A stretch of DNA of 64,000 nucleotides, from NCBI RefSeq assembly GCF_009914755.1, contig NC_060931.1; one strand, written 5' to 3'. Source of the DNA: the human T2T-CHM13v2.0 reference genome, Homo sapiens. The notes beneath the pieces are model-generated. The model was not told the DNA's origin and did no database searches. It was given only the letters and a program-made list of their open reading frames with translations. The translations under genes and the position numbers were made by a program. This document shows positions 56,855 to 64,000 of the stretch, one piece after another (the stretch's first letter is position 1; every line of letters starts with the position of its first letter).

Positions 56855-59800
56855 CTAAAACAAAGTCCTTGAAAAGCAATAATTTAGTTATGAATGTAGA
56901 CTAGACAACAAAAGGAAGAAAGCATATTCATCCCACACTGAAGAGAGTATATTTTTTATTGTGAAGAAAACATTAAGACGAAGAAAAAGAAATTACCAAG
57001 TGTTCAATGAACTGGGGAGCTGGTCTAAAAATAGTACTCATTTTGCCGAGGAGAAAAAGTTACTCATAACTCAACATGAGCATTTACAATTAATCTCTTG
57101 TTTTTATCACTTTCGAAATAAAATATACTCTTTATGTTCTCGACATGTGAGCTATGATACTAATGTCAATAGCAGAGAATAATATGGAAATGGAATCAGT
57201 ATGATTATGCATGAGGGGAAATGGCAGCTTTGTAATCATGATATCTCTTGCACTAACAGATTTTGCACACTACCTTTTTCAGAATATAAAAGCCATTGAA
57301 GTAAAAATATAAAATTAAATAGTGTTGAAAAGTTCAATTTCTTTAGTGTTGGCATTCTATAAAATAAGTCTGGTTTCCAAAATAAAGAGTCAGTATGATC
57401 AAAATTTGTGTCACCTTTACTTATTTCACAAGTTACAGAAAATTCCTGACCCCAAGTGATCATTTTGAGTCCCTAGACATAAGACTTTGACACTTTAGAT
57501 TTTTACTTTTGTGACAAAGAAATCACCCTGACTGTTGTGACAAAAAGAGAACCATCTCTGGATATTTTTACAGGAAAACAACAATTTCTTTGAAAGTTAA
57601 GATCTTATATTTTCCTTAGTAAGCTTAACAAGGTGGACATTTTTTGTGTGTGAATAGAAGGAATAGAGTTTAAGTAAACAACTTAAGGTGATAAATAATA
57701 CCAATATCTGTTTCCACAAAACATATTTCAAGATTATGGCAGAAAACTGAAAATTAAAAGGTGACTTAAAATGGTATATGTTTCTATTAATAAAAGTAAT
57801 AGATATTCATGGTAGAATGTATGAAAACTGCAAAACCAAGACAAAATACAAATGATCTGCAGTCACACCAATTATGAGTAACATTTAGCATTTGAAGTAT
57901 TTACTTGAGGATATTTTCTATTCATATTATAGGAACTAAATTAAGATTATATTATAATAGATTCTTGCATTTCATTAGGTTACTTGTAACATCATAGGAA
58001 TTTGCCCTCATCATTTAATATTATTTGAAAGAAATGATATACATAAAACAGTAGTATATTTTAAAATTTCTTTATTGTGTATTAAGATGTTTCTTTTTTA
58101 TGGTATTCTAAATGGGCCTGAGATGAATCCACATGTATTTAAGTTTTGCTTTGATTGAAGCGGCTTTATAATTTTTTCCATTTCATTAATAAAATTTTAA
58201 GTATAGATTCTTACCCTACCTGTGATGGAATGAATGGCTAGGTATTTGATTTATTTATTAGGCCAAACTCTAAATATTTTTATATGTGTTAGAGCCTTCA
58301 AATGAAAAAGTAAATAAACTACAGAAAGAAAAATGAGAAATGGGAATAAAAATGGAGTCAGAGAAAGAACAATACTGGAAATATACAGCACACAATCTCA
58401 ATCCCAAATAGTTAATAGAAATATGTCACAATGTTGTTTGGAATTTCTGAATAGCCAAACCAGAAAGGGAAACATACTACTTGTGAGTCTCAATTCTTAG
58501 GATTAAAATGTTATTCTCAGAGGTAGCTTCACCCTTTGTCAATACTGTAACTTCAGCAAAATTTCTTCCTTAGATTTTCATGAAGACAAATCAGATTGAC
58601 AGAATGAATTTCATCTTCACTGACATCTCTTTAAGTAATTTTGACAGAGCTGTTTCTTCCATCTCTTCTTGTAAACTAAGGGCATAATGACCAGATCAAA
58701 AAAACTTAAAATACATAGTAATGGTCTCCACTTGTCAACTAAATTTCTATTTGAAGGATCTATAAAAGTGACTACTTGGTTGGATCATGTGTGCCTATTT
58801 TAACTTTTTAATTTAATTTCCTTTGGTTTTAACAAGCCACAAAATTAAAATATTTTGAGCCCCTTTATGATGGTGGGAGAAAATATTTTGACAGTTGGCT
58901 GAGAAGCTGTTGTTATGATAGGGATTTAGGGTATATCATTTTGTTTCCAAGAAAGTGATTTTGTTTTTAAATTGCATACTTTACTTAACTGCAAACAGAA
59001 CTTGAGCTGGCTTACAGTTGAAAGCAAGAAGTACATGGAGTCACTAACACTAAAATAAAATAACATCATGGTATGCAAGTTTGGGGATAGATGCTTATAC
59101 AGAAAATCAGGTTTAGAAGAGCTAGTGTATTAAACGTGTTGGCAACTAAGCCTACATAAATCTAATCAAATGATAAGAATCATTTCAGTTCTTTAGGAAA
59201 AATAGATGTTTTATGACCACAAAATCCAAACTTAACTCTTAGTTAAAAATCAGCATCAGACTTCTAGGTAAAAAAATGCTACACACTTCTCACTCCTTAA
59301 GTGAAATATGCCTTAAAATTGAGATGATGACATAGAAGAATGACTTGAGATAACTGTAGAAAATGCTGAGAAGGCTAAGAAATCCGAATAATTTGTGGGA
59401 AAATAGTAGACATTGAGCAAGATAAAAATGAGATAACATAAAAATAATTGGTTCTCCTAACAGATAGAAACCAAAAAATTGAGCAGAGAAATGATTTGAA
59501 TACATAATATTAACAATATTTCCTAAGTTGAAGGAATATTCAGATTGACATCTGAAAAGAGCCCAGCATATTTCAGAGAAAGATGGTTTGAAATGGTTGC
59601 CAAGGATTGGTGTATAATTTGATAACTTGAAATTCAAAGCTAAAGAGAGAGAGAAGAGTATAGTGCTAAATTGTGGCACCATGAAGATATTAACAAGCAC
59701 AAAAAGAATGACTGCCCCCAAATCACCCCCTGCATAAGATCTGGACTAGTATTCGCTAAGCCTGGCATGTTAAGGTGAGATGGCCCCCAAGGGCTGCGGA

Positions 59801-61449
59801 GCATTAGACAATTAACTCTTCATTACTCTGCATTTTTTACCTGGAAGTCTGATGTTGATTTTTAATTTAAGAGTTAAGTTTGGCTTCTGTGGTAACAAAA
59901 TATCTATATTTTCTAATGAACTGAAATAATTCTTATAATTTCATTAGATTTATGTAGTCTTTGGTGATCCAAAAAATAGTTTCGAAGACAAAATCAGAAT
60001 TGTAAGATGTGGTAGATACTGTTAATTGGCCCTTTCGAAATTCTTTACATATTCCTTCTATTTGAAAAAGTTGAATGGCTTCTGCCATGCCCCAGTAATG
60101 GGTACTGAACTTATTTTTTTGTAATAAATAAATAACTGGAAGGAATATATAAAACAAGAGTTTTCAAACATTGGACAAGAGGCAGTACAGGGCTGTGATA
60201 CACAGAAGTGTAACAAAGGAGATGAGTCCTACAATCTTCCTAGATTTTTATGTGGAGCTGATTTCCAGGTTACACAGGAAGTGGCTCCCAAGCTGAGCAC
60301 AATCACTTCTTTCCCTTGATCTACAAGATCCAATCTCTTAGAAACATGTTTGCTCTGAGCTTAAATATCCTGATAATTATAATACCCTTGTTTAGAATTG
60401 CTGCAAAAATCAAATAACAAAAATATTTATTTATATCTGTTATATATAAATAACATATACATAATATATATAATATACATCAGATACATAACATATATTA
60501 TATAGATGTAAAATCAAGTAATAAGTACCCAACAAATTTTAGCCATTATTAATATTACTTACTTATATTACAATGTTTTCATTTTTAGTGAGGTTACCAT
60601 ACTTTAGATGAAGGAAATTTAGAATTTCATGACACAAAAAGACTATAAAATTGGTAGAACCTGTCAAAATTCATGTAATAGCAAGTCATAGTAAGTGGAA
60701 TTTTTTAGACTTTTCATGGGATAGAAGAAAATAGAACTAGTAAAAAAATGTATGCAATTACTTATTGTGTTGTACAGTTTATGAGCTGAATAGTGGTAGT
60801 GTTTGCTTGGCAATGGGGCCTAACAAGAAAAATTTATACCACATCTTGGAAATAAACTTCATGATCTTGAACAAAACCCAGCAGCTGCGAGTCACGACTT
60901 ATAACTGAAAACCCCAGAATGAGGCACTTGTGGAAGCCTGGTGCATGAAGACTCCTTAGAGACACTGTTCCTCTTAATTAGCCCAAGGAACTAAAGGAAG
61001 GCCTTTTACATATTACTCTCAGGTGTTTGATAATGCTTCATGGGCTGAAGAAGCTGATCACTTGAAAACTTTTATCTTTCAGGTGAGATCATTATCCTTC
61101 ACAAATGGGTTGCTTGGGAGCAATAATTCAACATTTAATTAGTTTTCTTTATTTCTCCTAAGGGATACATCTATGAAAATCTGAACTGCATTGTGGTTGA
61201 AGTTTCAGTAGGCTTCAGTATCAGAATAATGTTCCCAAATGGCATATTTCCTATTATTAGTCAACAGTATGAGCTTTGAGTATTTTAGTGCAATGTTTAT
61301 AGGACATGGTGCCATAAGGCAATACAGCTTTAACCCTGCACTCTCTTGTGAGATTTTAATAGCTTTGACGTAGTTCCACTCTCTGGAAGCATTAGAGCAC
61401 ACATAAAGTGTGCATATTCATTGTAGAAAACATGATCCTAGGACAATCA

Positions 61450-61873
61450 CAGTGGTATATTGCAAAATAGCACTAACTCTTCACCTCTTCCTGTATCTAT
61501 GCCTTTTGTCATATAGCTTTGTAAGATCCTCCCCCTCTAATTCTGGGGTCAGTCATGTGACTAGCTCAGACAAACAGGGTCTAAAAAATCACTTGTACAA
61601 TATGGCTTACTCTCTTTAGCTCTCTATCATCCATAAGAAGGACACACCAAGGCTGGTTTGCTGGAAGATGAGACACATGGAAAGGAATTTAAATATCTCA
61701 GCCAAGGCCATTCAAAGCCTCCCCAACTCCAGCCCACCCCTGACATATGGAAGAGCCTAGCTAAGACTAGTAGATCCCCCCAGCTAAACTTGAGATTTGT
61801 GACGTAAATGAGTGTTTATTGCCTTAAGCTATTGAGTGTTGGAGTGGTTTGATAGAGCATTAAACTACTGACC
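61450..61873 (+). mobile_element. MLT1H-type MaLR LTR
   Basis: ttgcaaaatagcactaactcttcacctc..gtcatgtgact..gctggaagatgagacacatgg..taagctattgagtgttggagtggtttg. Confidence 0.75.
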
Positions 61874-62359
61874 CCCCTCAAACCTATTTCTGTAAATTGA
61901 ATTAAATGAGAAATACAAGTCAGTTCCTTGGGGGTCTTTTCCATCTTCAGAAACCAAATTCCTGCAAGCTACCCTGGCTTGCTTAGGTGCGAGTATAACT
62001 CAGGTACTCTGCATTAAATGATTTGGCAGAGCAAATCCATACCACCTTTTCCCTTCTGCACATTTCTGTCTTGATTTCAAAATATTTCTTTCAATTGGCA
62101 TAAGGGAATCTTTTCACATGGGGTTAAAAAATTTGATGGATTACATTTGGAAAGAACATGGTGCACTCAAGCTGAGAGTTCTCAACAAATAATCATCAAA
62201 AGGCTGTAAAGAATAAGCCCAATGCCAAAAGAATTATGTGAGTTCTGGCACATCTAATAAAGATATATTTCTCATTCATAATATGAAGTTAATTCTCCAT
62301 TTCCAAAATTCTTGAGTAATTAGTGAATGTGCCTAAGCTTCTCATATAAAGTGCCTGCA

Positions 62360-63873
62360 TTTTATTTATCTTGAACAGATTTATTGAGGTATAATTTATA
62401 TACAAAAACTGCACATATTTAATGTGTACAATTTGATGAGTTTGGACATAAGCAAATACTCATGGTACAAGTACTGCAATCAATGTAATAGACATCCAAC
62501 AACTCTCAAAATTTCCTTTTGTCCCTTTCTTTTCCTTTCTCTTTTTCTTTGTTTGCTTTATTCCTTTCTTTTTATTTGAGTGGTAAGAACACTTATTATG
62601 AAACCTATCTTAACAAATTTTAAAGTGCACAGTACTGTACTCTTAACTACAGGCACTTCATTGTACCCCAGAGCCCCAGAACTTATTCACCTAGCATAAC
62701 TGAAGCTTTATACAGGTTGAATAAAAATTTCTTATTTCCTCCACCCCAAGCATCTGAAAACCACTATTGTATTCTCTGCTTCTCTGAGATTGACTATTAC
62801 AGATGTCCATATAAGTGGAATCATGCAATATTTGTCCTTCTGTGATTGGCTTATTTCACTTAGAATAATTTCCTCAGGATTCATCCATGTTATTGCAAGT
62901 AACAGAATTTCTTTCACTGTAATGGATATACTACATTTTCTTTATCTATTCATCTGTTGATAGTAGACACTTGGGTTGTTTTGGTATCTTGTCTATTGTG
63001 AATAATGCTGCATAATTCTCTTCAAAATCCTGATTTGATAATCTTGAATTATTTTTGATATATGTTCAGAAGTGGAATTGATCAATCATATGGCAGCTCT
63101 ATTTTTAACTTTTGAGGAACTGCCATACTGTTTTCCATAGCTATAGCACCATTTGACAAGGGTGCCAAAAATAGTATACACTGGTGAAAAGAAAGTTTGT
63201 TTCATCAACAAATGTTGGGAAAACTGGTATTCACGTAAAAAAAAATAAAATTTGACCATCTTACATAATCTACAAAAAAAAAAAAAAACTCAAAATAGAT
63301 CGAAGACTTAAACCTAAGTCTTGAAACTATAAAACTACTCAAAGAAAACATAGAAGAAATGTTTCTTGAGTGTGGTCTTTGCATTGATTTCTCAGACACA
63401 ACAACAAAAGCATAGGCAATAAAATCAAAAATGGAAAAGAGGGATTACATGAAATAAACAAACAAAAACCTTCACAGCAAAGAAAATAACAGAATGAAAA
63501 GGTAAACTACAGAATGAGATAAAATATTTGCAAATTACGTATCTGATAAGTGGTTGATTTATGAAATATAAGCAACTCATACAACCCAAAAGCACAAACA
63601 AATAAACAAACAAAACCAATTCAATTAAAAAATGAGCACAAGACTTTAACGGACATTTCTCCAAAGAAGACATATAAATGGCCAACAAGTATATGAAAAG
63701 ATGCTCAACATCATTATTTATCAGGGAAATACAGGTCAAAATTATGAGATATTACTTCCTACCTTTTGGGATTGCTATTCACAAAGAAAATACACACAAA
63801 AAAACAAAATGTAAGTGTTAGCAAGGATGTGGAGAAATAGAAACCTTTGTATACTATTAGTGGGAATGTGAAT
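62360..63873 (-). mobile_element. L1MA9-like element with 5' inversion (62360-63153 antisense 3' part, 63151-63873 inverted ORF2 part)
   Basis: ORF 62732-62917 gives the ORF2p C-terminus; orientation flips at ..gcaccattt|gacaagggtgcc. Confidence 0.85.
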
Positions 63874-64000
63874 TTTAAAAATGGTATCTATAATTAAATG
63901 CTATAGGTAAAGTGTGTTGAATGTGTATTGGCTCATAAACTATATAATTTTAATACTTGATCTTACAATGCTTGTGGGTGTTTGAAAATATCTGAGTATG

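Noticed and set aside
59290-59721. 143-aa hydrophobic ORF
   Set aside because: Antisense of A-rich sequence resembling an ancient L1 ORF1 relic; hydrophobicity is a composition artefact.

Overview
AT-rich, repeat-dense human genomic DNA (human because it carries an AluYb8 insertion). I see no supportable protein-coding exon, RNA gene or CRISPR array. The only gene-derived element is a full-length processed RPS2 (uS5) pseudogene at about 28-970, with a target-site duplication (TSD). The rest is a mosaic of Alus, L1s (including a near-full-length old L1PA at about 36.1-44.8 kb), L2/L3/MIR relics, ERVL-MaLR elements (THE1D and MST proviruses, MLT1 LTRs), ERV1 solo LTRs (LTR27-like, MER66, MER61A-like), DNA transposons (Zaphod/MER115-like, MER5, MER30, Tigger1) and microsatellites. 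Almost all ORFs in the track derive from these repeats. Most notable: (1) the RPS2 retrocopy is clearly diverged yet keeps its CpGs and sits directly behind a TATA box, suggesting an unmethylated, promoter-like retrocopy CpG island; (2) an L1 3' transduction with an 18-bp TSD; (3) two twin-primed (5'-inverted) old L1MA insertions; (4) a four-level nested transposon stack; (5) a possible LTR-driven antisense first exon; (6) ISRE/GAS/NF-kB/AP-1 and E-box/ETS motif clusters in unique DNA; (7) template-switch hairpins. Repeat subfamily names and the RPS2 comparison come from recalled consensus sequences, not a database search. Boundaries of old repeats are approximate.
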